A DNA stretch of 63,170 nt, the filler included, from Craspedostauros australis (lineage: Eukaryota), in the NCBI GenBank assembly GCA_030167865.1. It is 13 parts of 13 records of this genome, joined end to end, with 100 filler letters (N's around TTAATTAATTAA, not from the genome) between each part and the next. Parts side by side here need not be neighbours in the genome. Positions count along the whole stretch, not along the records: positions 1 to 2,234 come from JALAGF010005854.1; positions 2,335 to 9,712 come from JALAGF010005855.1; positions 9,813 to 12,730 come from JALAGF010005856.1; 10 more parts are not named here. One strand, given 5' to 3'. Shown here piece after piece: positions 1-11,029 of the stretch. The stretch's first letter is position 1, and every line of letters starts with the position of its first letter. The position numbers and the translations under genes are program-made. The notes under the pieces are model-generated. The model did not search any database, was not told the origin of the DNA, and saw only the letters and a program-made list of their open reading frames with translations.

Positions 1-1699
1 CAATGCTCTACTTCTGAGGTTCGAAATGATGGTGTCATATATATACCTCACTGATTATAACTGTTAAGTTATGTGCTGGGGGGCGCTTTGATTCTGCCTT
101 GCTTATTCTCCATGTCTGCACGCAGTGGGAACGGATGTGTCAGTATTATGATCGTGTTGGGAGAGAGGGCTGTGTCCGTTGGGCAGGTCTGTTTGCTGGC
201 GATGTTGTGGTGGCAGGGGAATTATCTCAGGGTGTGATCCGCCTATAGTTCCATTTCCAGTTCACAAGCACTGCTGTGGCTGGTGATGCATTGCTTCCAA
301 GGCCTTGGTGCATGGCTTGGACCCACGGAATGAGCTGGGCGGTCTGCTCAGTGTGCAGATGATGCTCCCAAAGTGGGTGCAGGACTGCAGGGATGGTGGT
401 TGGCAGGCATGTTCGCAGCATCTGAAAATATTGGAGCAGCACAGGCATCGTGTCATCAGAAGTCTGGGACGCCTTGACCTTGGTCTGGTCCTGCCATTGC
501 ATCAGTGTCATGTGCCACATGAGGTTGGTGACACAGTCCTGCCAATTGTGAAGTAGTTGAGGGCGCGCCTGCGATTGTGAGGTACCATGGGAGGTGCTTG
601 CGCACTCCACTGCATCGCCCATCCGCCCTAAATCATGGCCATCCAGCCTACTTTGCTTTGCTGCAGCTGTATGGATTTAGTGGGGGAGTCGCGAACGCCG
701 GAGAGACGATGATGTCAACATGGCTTGGATCCAACACCTGATGTCGAACAGTGTGGACAGGACTAGCCACAAATGTCCAACACAACCATCAACCATGTTG
801 TTGATCACAGCATCACTCTCCATCATCATTTCAGTCTGAGGATGCATTGAACTGGAACGCCTGCCATGTATGTCCATGACACAGTTACTTCTACAGAAGG
901 TCAAAACCTCAGAATCCTGGATGGNNNNNNNNNNNNNNNNNNNNNNNNNNNNNNNNNNNNNNNNNNNNNNNNNNTGGCTTGGATCCAACACCTGATGTCG
1001 AACAGTGTGGACAGGACTATCCACAAATGTCCAACACAACCATCAACCATGTTGTTGAACACAACATCACTCTCCATCATCGTCTCAGTCTGAGGATGCG
1101 TTGAACTGGAACGCCTGTCATGTATGTCCATGACACAGTTTGCTTCTACAGAAGGTCAAAACCTCAGAATCCTGGATGGAACCCATCAATCTCCAATCTT
1201 CGCGACAGTGGAAAGCTGGAATGTAACTGCTGGCCAATGAAGTGCCAATGAAGTACACAAACAAAGCATCACCGCACATACAAAAAGCATATGTAAAATG
1301 TGCATGGGTGCTCCTCCAACCAAAGCAAGCTCATGTGTGGTACAAAGTAGCTATTCTGCATCCATTGTGATNNNNNNNNNNNNNNNNNNNNNNNNNNNNN
1401 NNNNNNNNNNNNNNNNNNNNNNNNNNNNNNNNNNNNNNNNNNNNNNNNNNNNNNNNNNNNNNNNNNNNNNNNNNNNNNNNNNNNNNNNNNNNNNNNNNNN
1501 NNNNNNNNNNNNNNNNNNNNNNNNNNNNNNNNNNNNNNNNNNNNNNNNNNNNNNNNNNNNNNNNNNNNNNNNNNNNNNNNNNNNNNNNNNNNNNNNNNNN
1601 NNNNNNNNNNNTCCAAAAGTATGTAACTACTCTATTCAGTTGCAGCCGCCGCTCGCTTCATGTTGCTGGCCACACAGGGACATCACTCCGGAGACATGG

Positions 1700-2234
1700 T
1701 CCCAGTTCCTTGTGAAGAGGGGCGGAGAGGTCTGCTTGGTAGACATGTCGGCAGCGATCAAAGCAGACAAGTTTCTGCGAACGCAATGTGGCTGTTTTCC
1801 ACCCACTGTTGAACAGCAAAATGTCGAATGGCGCCGTGGCGTGTGCGACGCGAGGGCTGCCGTGCATTGGCCATCATTAGCGCAATTCAGTTGTTCTCGT
1901 ACAGCACCGTACCACCCCGCTGAAGTACACCAAGCTTGTCAAGGATGCAACAAATGCAGAATTCCATGTGGCCAGCATCGGAAGCACAGAGAGGTTCAGC
2001 CTCTGTGCTGGACATGGCGACCGTGATCTGCACTCTTGGTTTCCATGCGACAGCAGCAGCAGCGAGATGGAAAACGATGGACGACACCGACTGTTGTTGC
2101 TGAATATCCATGGCCCAATCACTGTCAGCATACCTTTAGAGGACATTGGGTTGTTCTGCTGGATGGCCAAATGCATCATCATGCACTGGCGTTTGCTTGG
2201 CTGGAACAGGCATGGGCAGTAGTGCAGGGACAGC
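1700..2234 (-). mobile_element. Degenerate Ty1/copia pol remnant (RNase H region)
   Basis: Minus strand gives AAVAWKPRVQITVAMSSTEAE...GTVLYENN, matching the copia RNase H WxSxxQxxVAxSSTEAE and xxDN motifs. The region is broken by stops and frameshifts. Confidence 0.85.
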
Positions 2235-2334
2235 NNNNNNNNNNNNNNNNNNNNNNNNNNNNNNNNNNNNNNNNNNNNTTAATTAATTAANNNNNNNNNN
2301 NNNNNNNNNNNNNNNNNNNNNNNNNNNNNNNNNN
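2235..2334. other. Artificial contig-joining spacer (N-TTAATTAATTAA-N); first of 12 in the window
   Basis: TTAATTAATTAA (stops in all six frames) is flanked by N runs at 2279, 9757, 12775, 14238, 17389, 18804, 24796, 28239, 30997, 48254, 51054 and 58158. Adjacency across these spacers is not biological evidence. Confidence 0.97.
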
Positions 2335-3907
2335 GAGAGGGCGCAAGGCAAGACAGATTGCACGACGCCATGCCGGTGCGCGAGCGATACAGAAGACGTG
2401 GCGATGCTACGTTGCGCATGTTGACTACATCATGAGCGTCATTGGGATCATCAAGTTCCAGTCTCACGTCCGTGCCCACATTGTTCGTGCTCGGTTGCAA
2501 CGTGCGCAAGATGGTATCACCAAACTCCAAGCGTTGGTACGAGGTGTGTTGTGGAGGAATGAGATGCACTTCAGAGCGAGCGCATGTACTGCGATTCAGA
2601 GCTTGGGTCGGGGATACATCATTCGCAACCGACTGCTGATGAAGCGCCAGGCTGCCACGTGCATCCAACGCCATGCGAGAGGATTTCAGATCAGACTGTC
2701 CACGGCCTACTACAACCTGGCAGCACGCGAAATTCAGCGCGTGTGGAGAGGATACAAGTGTGAAACAGAGTACATGATGAATATCTTGGCGACCATGAAG
2801 ATCCAGGCAACAGTGCGTCGTATTCAAGCAAAAAGCAGGGTTCAAGATTTGAGACTGCAAACATTGGCCGACGAGCTCTTCCTTCATCACAAGGCGACGA
2901 TCATCCAGCGGCAGTTCAGGGAGTACCAATTCGAGATGCGCAAGCACGACGCGGCCTACATCATCCAGCGAGCCGTGAGCACCTTCCTGTACCGCAGGAT
3001 CACATGCCGTGTGGCCCGTGGAATCAAGCGGGTGCAGGCGATTGCGCGAGCCCGACGCGTGCGTCAGCACTGCTCGCGAAAGTGCGTGCACATNGTCCAT
3101 CGAATCGATAAGGCCAACCGCAAGGCCCAGGCTCATCCGCAGCTGAAGATTGGCGTGCGGACGCAGGANGCTCTGTTTGATCTGAAGTACAAGAATCGCC
3201 TGTCGGACATCATGGCAGCTGTGATGACGTTGGAGACGACCACCAGACTGTCGCACCCGTGCTGCCAATCTTTCGTGACCACAAACACGACTTCCATACT
3301 GCTGGAAGTGATCAGGAAGTGCAACCGCAGTCTGCCGCACCTGGAACTGGTCCACTGCATCCTGCGGACCCTTCTGACGGTGGCGAGCCACGACGATTTG
3401 CTCCCTCACATGGCGACCTTGGACTGCGGCGAGGTGCTGCTGGACCTCATTCAGACGTTCCGCGACAAGGACAGCATCTTCAGNATCTCGATCGACCTGC
3501 TGGATCCCATGCTGCGGTGCTCGCCAGACATTGCAGCGCTGTGCGCCTCACGTGAGAACAACAAGCGCATGAAGTCGGTTTACAATATCAGTATGCGCAA
3601 GTTTCGCGCCAGCGTGAACGACCATGTCGGCAGCGATCGCAGATCGTCAGCGCGGTTGAAGAGCAAGCACAACGGCAAAAACAAGGGCGCCGCGCATGAA
3701 GTGGACATGGGAAGATACCTGAAGAAGATGTGTGCGATGATAAAGTACGTGGACAAGACGATCGTCCTCCAACGCAGCGGCTCCCACGATGACTACAGAC
3801 CTTCCTCCAGAAGATCTCCACGCATCGCCAGTGTGCAGAAGGAGAACAGAGAGCCCAACTCGACCACGAGACGATCGACGAGCCGTCCTCGTCACTTTCA
3901 CTTCTGA
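2335..3907 (+). CDS. ASPM: Abnormal spindle/ASPM-like protein, C-terminal part (IQ repeats plus conserved C-terminal region); 5' truncated by contig edge
   Basis: Many IQ motifs (IQKTWRCY upstream of the listed ATG, IQRHARGF, IQRVWRGY, IQATVRR). They are followed by LETTTRLS...EVIRKCNRSLPHLELV, resembling the ASPM C-terminal IRSCNRSxP signature. Confidence 0.8.
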
Positions 3908-4382
3908 GGAGATGGCGTGGATAGTAGGTTGTATTGGACACATGTACAGTAGTTGTAGTTGTACAATGGTGTGGATATTAGATTTGAGTTGAGTGGAGTG
4001 CTCGTATGGATGTATCAGAGTCCATGTTGTAGTCTCCAGATAGAAGTCTAAGCTGAAACGAATGTGCGTGATTCATGAATATTTAGTCCCTAGTTCTTCG
4101 AAGTTCGTTTGCCACATGTTTGTTGTCGTTGTGTTTTCGCGGTCCTGCGAACAAGATACCAACCGTTTTTTTGACAAACACCACGATGGATCGAGAAAGC
4201 AACCATACTCGCACGTACACGCACCATACACACGCGCATCCACACAATGCTCCGCACACACGCCACGCAAACAAGGAATGCCTCATCTTCTTGTCATAAA
4301 ATCGAAAGCAGCGACCAAGAACGACGTTCCATCGCGAGATTCACAACGACATCACTCAGAACAAGAAGAAGCAACCACCAAG

Positions 4383-4781
4383 ATGCCGCGACGCAAGCAG
4401 ACCACCCCCGCCAACGAGAACAAGGAGAACGATCCCGTGCTGCAGCACATCGTGAAGGCCATGCAGGCATTGAAGGAACCCTCCGTCAACGAGATCGAGG
4501 AATGGATCGCGACGCATCTGCGCAACTGCGTCATCCCGAAGGGTTCCGTGAAGGACACGCTGAAGAAGGGAACGGAGCAAGGCGTCCTCGTCAAGATCAA
4601 GAACGGCTTCAAGCATGGGTATCCCTGCTACCGATTGGCGCGGCCTGGTTCCACGGCGCAGCCATTGGCGGCCTTGAGGCAGGACGGCAACAAGAAACGC
4701 AACGTGGGCGGCAAGGGGTTCAATCGCATCCGCCAGTACCAGAAGCAAGAATCCATCCACGTTGCGGCGGGTAGGAGATGA
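4383..4781 (+). CDS. Small basic protein with linker-histone H1/H5 (H15)-like winged-helix domain
   Basis: IVKAMQALKEPSVNEIEEWI...VKDTLKKGTEQGVLVKIK...YRLA follows the H15 pattern I.xAI.xL...S..I.xYI...K.xLK.xV..G.L.x.KG...SxKL, with basic tails. Start taken at MPRRK. Confidence 0.6.
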   Translation: MPRRKQTTPANENKENDPVLQHIVKAMQALKEPSVNEIEEWIATHLRNCVIPKGSVKDTLKKGTEQGVLVKIKNGFKHGYPCYRLARPGSTAQPLAALRQDGNKKRNVGGKGFNRIRQYQKQESIHVAAGRR

Positions 4782-5893
4782 ACGGGAGCACGACGGTATC
4801 GANNNNNNNNNNNNNNNNNNNNNNNNNNNNNNNNNNNNNNNNNNNNNNNNNNGAACGATCCCGTGCTGCAGCACATCGTGAAGGCCATGCAGGCATTGAA
4901 GGAACCCTCCGTCAACGAGATCGAGGAATGGATCGCGACGCATCTGCGCAACTGCGTCATCCCGAAGGGTTCCGTGAAGGACACGCTGAAGAAGGGAACG
5001 GAGCAAGGCGTCCTCGTCAAGATCAAGAACGGCTTCAAGCATGGGTATCCCTGCTACCGATTGGCGCGGCCTGGTTCCACGGCNCAGCCATTGGCGGCCT
5101 TGAGGCAGGACGGCAACAAGAAACGCAACGNGGGCGGCAAGGGNTTCAATCGCATCCGCCAGTACCAGAAGCAAGAATCCATCCACGTTGCGGCGGGTAG
5201 GAGATGAACGGGAGCACGACGGTATCGACGCACACGCGCACTTGTCCATGGACGGGTTCCATCGGGGATTGCCATCGTGAACATGGACGGTCGTTCTCTT
5301 CCTTTCTTGGTCGTCGTCATGGAAACGACGGCTTGTAAATATGGATAGCAAGTCGGGATGGCCCGGTGCCGTCGTTGATGACGTCTATGACGTATATGTC
5401 GGACGTCCACAAGGAAGCAAGCCACGGATTGGCGTGGAGGATGCGAGATACGCTGGTCCATGCCGAGCATCACCACTGTTCATCGTCAAGAAGCCTGGGG
5501 ACAAGGACAACTCTTCATACGCAACTCTGCTGTACAGAACTAATCATATAGACCATCTCATTCTAATTCAAAGTCACGTTCGTTCATCTGGATCGTGGAG
5601 AGCGTGGGTACTATTATAGAATACTATGTTTGGGCATGATGAAACTGTTGCGAGGACAACGCACGTCCAACTCCGAGCTGTGTTCGTCAAATGCCACGTC
5701 TGCATAGAGTACTCATAGTAGCACGCGTGTTGCTTCTCCAGAGAGTGTGAGCCTGTCACAAGGACCTCTCCACATGGTAGCACCGCCTGTCACGTTGCCT
5801 CATCTATTCCTGAACAGTGTCGTCGCATGTTGAATGAGAACAGAAGTCTCCTCTTCGCAATGCCCACTGTACTGCTTCCGTGAACACCACGCT

Positions 5894-7288
5894 TCACAGC
5901 TCTTGTGCCAGTACACCCCCGGAACTGTATTCAGCCACGCTTCTCAGCACGAATCCCGTTGTGATCCACAGGACAAGGACGATCGACACAACGAGGAACA
6001 GCAAACCAACCAACGGGACAATTAGCGCACCCGATGGCATCACCTTGCGCTTGCTCTTGCGTTCCTGCGTCGACAGCACCAGCTCATCCCACTGTTCACG
6101 GAACCGATCCGCACCAAATGACTTCTCGACATGAATCCTGGCTTGCTTCCCCATGACGGTCGCACGCTGCGGATCCTGGATCAGAATCTCCAAGGCCCCC
6201 GCAAAGGCTTGCGGCGTCGGTTCGCGCAAGAACCCCGTCCGCGAATCCACGACGGTTTCGGTCGGCCCGCCCGAATTGACCGCCAACACCGGCGTGCCCG
6301 CGTACATGGCTTCCAACGGCACGATGCCAAAGTGCTCCTTGTCGGGCGTGTATACCACGCACAGCGCCGTTTGGAACAGCTGCGATCGCATCGCATCCGA
6401 AATGTCGAATCGGAATTCGATCTCTGTGACATACAATTGTTTCGCGAGGTGTTGCAGTTCGGCGTAGTGTTCCACATTCTCCACGTTGCTGGTATCGTAC
6501 CCGCCAGCAATGATGACCTTCGGCAACTGCGTTGTCATGCGCTCTTTCAGCAGCGCGTAGGCCCGGATCAACAGTCCGATGTTCTTCTTGCGTTCGAAGC
6601 GATTCAACGAGACGATGGGCGATTGTGGTGACGACTTGGCTTGGTGGTTGGCGTTGGTGGCGTTGGTGGCGTTGGTACTGTCGAAAGCCGGATACAAGAT
6701 GCGGATCTCTCGATTCAGCGTCGTGGAAGGAAAGACTCTCGTGACTTCCTGTCGCGTGAATTCCGAATTGACAACCAGCGTATCAGCCATGGACATGGTG
6801 GCTTCCTCCATCGAATCCAGCCATCGCCGGTAGTACTGCTTGGCGGAGCTGCCGCCCGCTGTTTGCAGCAGCAGTTTGTCTGGGAAATGGCAGTAAAACA
6901 GAATCCCGGCCGTCGGCAACCATCGCAACAGCAGTGGTATGGGCGTCGGCAGGACGTCAATCACAATGACATCGGCATACGCATGTTTGCGACACACCAT
7001 GCCTCCCAAATAGAGCATGCGCAATGCGCTGCACAGTGCCGTGAACTTGCCCGCGATCGTCGGTGCAATCCAGTTGCCGTAAATGCGAACGTTGTCGGCG
7101 AGGCGGCCGCGGCAGGCAAGCTTGACGGCGTCGAAGCAATGGTCCTGATCGCATCTGGTTGTGACGATGGTCACATCGTGCTTGCATTCCTGCGAGGCGG
7201 TGGCGAGCTGCAGCACCAGCTGCTCCGCTCCGCCGATCCCGAGATCGAGGTGGATGAACACGATGTTGAGCGGTCGACGTCTCGTCAT
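5894..7288 (-). CDS. ALG2: Alpha-1,3/1,6-mannosyltransferase ALG2 (GT4)
   Basis: FIHLDLGIGGAEQLV, FYCHFPDKLL, SLNRFERKKN, YTPDKEHFGIVPLEAM and AVNSGGPTETV motifs, plus a C-terminal TM helix. Intact 464-aa ORF. Confidence 0.96.
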   Translation of the reverse strand: MTRRRPLNIVFIHLDLGIGGAEQLVLQLATASQECKHDVTIVTTRCDQDHCFDAVKLACRGRLADNVRIYGNWIAPTIAGKFTALCSALRMLYLGGMVCRKHAYADVIVIDVLPTPIPLLLRWLPTAGILFYCHFPDKLLLQTAGGSSAKQYYRRWLDSMEEATMSMADTLVVNSEFTRQEVTRVFPSTTLNREIRILYPAFDSTNATNATNANHQAKSSPQSPIVSLNRFERKKNIGLLIRAYALLKERMTTQLPKVIIAGGYDTSNVENVEHYAELQHLAKQLYVTEIEFRFDISDAMRSQLFQTALCVVYTPDKEHFGIVPLEAMYAGTPVLAVNSGGPTETVVDSRTGFLREPTPQAFAGALEILIQDPQRATVMGKQARIHVEKSFGADRFREQWDELVLSTQERKSKRKVMPSGALIVPLVGLLFLVVSIVLVLWITTGFVLRSVAEYSSGGVLAQEL

Positions 7289-7838
7289 GCTGCTATCGGT
7301 ATTGTCGCTGCTGCCTGTGGTCGTCTTGGAGACTATTGTGACGACTGCGGTGGAATGATCGATTGCGAGTCAACACTTTGGGTTTCATTTCATGTGCGTT
7401 CTCATTCTCATTCTGGTTGCTCTCTTCCAGTTTTGTGGTGATTCTGTCGCTCGTGGTGAACGTCCAAATCGCAACCGGCAACAAGATTCGGACGAGATCT
7501 CCCACAACTCCGAACAGCGTTGATGATCAAATCTGGGGTTCCGATCATAGATCGTACTAGCACCATCCATCCATCCAAGAGATCAACCCTGAAGCTATCA
7601 TGGACACCGAATTCAAGCAGACGAATGAAGTAGAGTAGTGTTCTATCTATCCATTCCATGTATCTATCCTTCTATTCTTGAAGCGGTTTCGAGGATACCT
7701 TAGAGAGTCGTTTCAGCTGTACGCCTATGACACCAATACACCTCCCAAGGTCCTGCCCATTCCACAGCGCTCGGGCCAATGCCAGCGTGGCATTCCCCGC
7801 GCAGCACAAGCAGCCATCGTACAACGCTTTCCACCACG

Positions 7839-8789
7839 CTACAGTCCGAATTTCTTGCCCGCTTCGAACAGGTCGTAGGCTGTCGCCTCACTGAAGGTAT
7901 GGTCGGCTGCATACCGCACCATCGGCCACGTAAAAGCGTAAGGCACTTCGCTCGAACACTGCGGTGCGGATCCCAACGAGAAGAATCCATCCGCGTGATT
8001 CTTGTAATGCAATCCACCNCCCGTGAGGCCTGGAATCCATGCGCTTTGCATTANCCGANCGCGCAGCTCCTGCCTGGTCTTTGGCGTCGTAATGGTCGCC
8101 TTGCTCGTCCACGCCGACGATATCCAGGTTGGAGCATGGCGCTGCAGCAACTCCGTCAAGACGCCGGGCGACGTAGTGTTGCTTTCGAAGAGATGCAGGT
8201 ATTCGGGCGACGACTCTTCGCTGGAGGTGCTCAAGATGGCCATCTTGGACACCCATTCGGGCAGATCGTCGTCGTCATTGTCCCTCTTCTCAATATCTTC
8301 CATGATGAAGTTCACCATCTGCGACAGATAGTCGTAGACGGTGAATTCACCTGTGAATACCCGTTCCTGAATGTAAATGGACGCCCGCACCATGTCGTCG
8401 CCTGTCCAACCCTGCAAGGTTGCCGCCAATGTCAGGCACCCGGCCGATCGGCACACGTTCGTCTGCTGCAGCAGCTGGTCGCGTGGCACGTGCGTCAGCT
8501 GTCCCAGCACGTGGAACATGGCCGCGAATCCACCACCCGGAATGCACATCGAATTCGGTATGACGTGTTGCGCGGATTCGACCGTGCTTGATGTGAGCAT
8601 CGCACCGATGATGCCCATCACGATGGCCACAGCGATGACCCACAAGTTTGCACCGCCGCGGTTGGCAAAGGACGCGAACGAGCGCAGATACGGACTTCGG
8701 ATGCTGCGGGATGTCGTCGTGAACATGCGGACATCGTGTTGAGTGCAGTTGCTGTTCGTTTGCGTCGCCGTTGTCGTGCTCATCTTCAT
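7839..8789 (-). CDS. Membrane-anchored divergent patatin-like (PNPLA) hydrolase
   Basis: N-terminal TM (LWVIAVAIVMGIIGAML), then PGGGFAAMFHVLG (Gly-rich loop), CRSAGCL (GxSxG-like), QSAWIPG (ASxxIP-like) and ADGFFS (DGG-like), in patatin order. Start codon uncertain. Confidence 0.65.
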   Translation of the reverse strand: MKMSTTTATQTNSNCTQHDVRMFTTTSRSIRSPYLRSFASFANRGGANLWVIAVAIVMGIIGAMLTSSTVESAQHVIPNSMCIPGGGFAAMFHVLGQLTHVPRDQLLQQTNVCRSAGCLTLAATLQGWTGDDMVRASIYIQERVFTGEFTVYDYLSQMVNFIMEDIEKRDNDDDDLPEWVSKMAILSTSSEESSPEYLHLFESNTTSPGVLTELLQRHAPTWISSAWTSKATITTPKTRQELRXRXMQSAWIPGLTXGGLHYKNHADGFFSLGSAPQCSSEVPYAFTWPMVRYAADHTFSEATAYDLFEAGKKFGL

Positions 8790-9430
8790 CGGTGTATGGT
8801 ATTGGTGGAGTGCGTATTGCTGATCCCGTTTCTGGGCATTGGTGGTTCTCTGTTGTGGATTTGTTTTGTGAGACAACCAGTTTGAATTCTGGTGTGGTGT
8901 GGAGGAGACATCGCAGAACGTCATGATGAGGTTTCCTGTTTCGTCGGTTCAAACTGACGTTGTTGGCGCGTGCACACAACCACGTTTTCCTCGCTCAACA
9001 AACTGTGACGTGCTTGTGTCGTAGCGACATGTGCCACGTACAAGGACGACACGACGCTGTGCCAGGGCCACATTTTCGCAACAATGCTAGTTGCGGTTCA
9101 TCACGCAACCGAAACAAGGGAGCCTTGCTCAGGACCTCACAACATGGTGCTTCGACATGACACAACCCAGTCTCTCCCTTTCTCTGCTCGTATCTACCCG
9201 CATTCGGAGGACAGTTTGGGTACTCTGATCCAACTCGAGGCTTCCGCGTCCACTCTCTCTGCAAGACACGGGAATTTGGCTGAAACTCGATGCCGTTTGC
9301 GTTCGACCACATGGACTAATCCCAAAATGCCCCAAACGAAATCTGGGTGGACTCAATGGACCACCATTGAATTTGTAGTTTAACGCATTTAACGTCATTT
9401 CGTTTGAATACCGAACACCTTCCAACGAAC

Positions 9431-9610
9431 ACAAGTTCGATGAAAGTACCACCAGTTCGATGAAAGTACCATCACTTCGATGAAAGTACCACCAGTTCGA
9501 TGAAAGTACCACCAGTTCGATGAAAGTAACACCTGTTCGATGAAAGTAACACCTGTTCGATGAAAGTACGACCAGTTCGATGAAACTAAGACCAGTTCGA
9601 TGAAAGTACC
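9431..9610. repeat. Tandem array of nine 20-bp units, consensus ACCAGTTCGATGAAAGTACC
   Basis: Direct read: TTCGATGAAA recurs every 20 bp from 9436 to about 9605. A degenerate copy (GTCCGATGAAAGCGGAC) lies at 9634-9650. Confidence 0.95.
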
Positions 9611-10546
9611 ATAGTCCGACAAAGGTCTGGCGAGTCCGATGAAAGCGGACACTCTGCAACACACCCCACAACGGTTCAAGAAACCGACTCGTGTCCGAAC
9701 AGCCATTCTGTTNNNNNNNNNNNNNNNNNNNNNNNNNNNNNNNNNNNNNNNNNNNNTTAATTAATTAANNNNNNNNNNNNNNNNNNNNNNNNNNNNNNNN
9801 NNNNNNNNNNNNATGGTAGTTCCTTGACATTAATATGGTCTTGGATACGCGACAAGAATAGGGTCATTGTGACCCCAGCTCCAACAATCAAAATCCATCC
9901 GTTTCGGAATGCTATCCTCACAAAACTAGAGATTCTGAGAGAAGGCTGGAGCCAACATAGGACCCACTTGAGTGACGGGACCTGCAGTCGGTCCTGAGGG
10001 GGTGGGAAGATACGGGACTTTCCACCCAGACACCCACATATTCATAAAATAGAAACAAATATAAGCATCATAGTGGACGCCGATTTTGCTTTAATGTCTT
10101 ATTTTAATTTTATCCACTTTTGTAGGTTTACGGTCCTCTTGGTCGAATATGCACACTGATCCGTAATGATCGCAAGGCATTGATTAGCTTTTACGATGCA
10201 AACAACACAATGTGTCCAGACACGTTCGGGAAAGGCTATTTTTTGACGGGTTGCGTACGGAATTTGACATTTCAGCGACGTTATTGTTCTGCCTGTCCAA
10301 ACACGTTTTTGAAATAACTATCCGTTATTAGACGTTACCATTCAAATTCAAAATGTGACTCTCGTCACGTGCCACAAATCTCCTCGCATTTTGCCACCAA
10401 ATCGCGTTTTGCTTTTTGTGGTGGTGTGCTGTGCTTGTTGCATGTTCATGTAGTGTTTGTATCGTCACCTTCTTGCGCCCCTCCTGCTCAGTTCACTTCC
10501 ATCACTTTTAGTCTTCTCCATCTACCCATCAGTACCAATCAGCATC

Positions 10547-11029
10547 ATGCTCATCTCTACCTCGAAAGCTGCGTCGAAGGACGCCAATCCTTCTCCCTCC
10601 AAGAAGCAGCATTTGCCATCCTCTCCATCCGTGCGCCCCTTCCCATCCGATCCGATTGATCGCAAAGAACTGTTTGCGCCATCTGCTGCTGAGAAGCTGT
10701 TGCCTCCACTGGATGTAGATGGTAAGCAGCACATTACGACATCTACAACAGACAAGGTCTTGCCTCCTGTGCTGAAAGGCACGACCTTCGACTACGAGTG
10801 TGACATTCAGATCCAAACCAACAACAACCAGAATCGCACACTCCATGCAACCAACGAGAAACTCTTCGTTCGCGTGCACATCACCACCGACAATGGCATG
10901 ATTCTTGACACCTCCAAGGTCACAGTGCAGGCCTTTGGACAGGGCTCCAACACCGGGACAAAAATGCAGGTCAAAGTCTGCGTCCCGACTCCTGGAGCTT
11001 TCCCCCCACTGCCTTCCCGCACCGACTAG
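10547..11029 (+). CDS. Hypothetical ORF upstream of and overlapping the Sola3-like transposase (possible 5' exon)
   Basis: Open frame from ATG 10547 (MLISTSKAASK...). It follows AT-rich non-coding sequence and has no recognisable domain. Confidence 0.35.
   Translation: MLISTSKAASKDANPSPSKKQHLPSSPSVRPFPSDPIDRKELFAPSAAEKLLPPLDVDGKQHITTSTTDKVLPPVLKGTTFDYECDIQIQTNNNQNRTLHATNEKLFVRVHITTDNGMILDTSKVTVQAFGQGSNTGTKMQVKVCVPTPGAFPPLPSRTD

Noticed and set aside
2279..2290. TTAATTAATTAA as TTAA target duplications or a biological motif
   Set aside because: It is always embedded in fixed-length N runs and is an assembly spacer with six-frame stops.
4853..5207. Tandem second copy of the H15-like gene
   Set aside because: It is an essentially identical copy starting right after a 50-N gap, the same pattern as the other haplotype or scaffolding artefacts.
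9431..9610. 20-bp array as a CRISPR array or hammerhead ribozyme array
   Set aside because: The units are contiguous with no unique spacers, there are no cas genes, and the context is eukaryotic. The core is CGATGAAA, without the CUGAUGA...GAAA three-stem arrangement.
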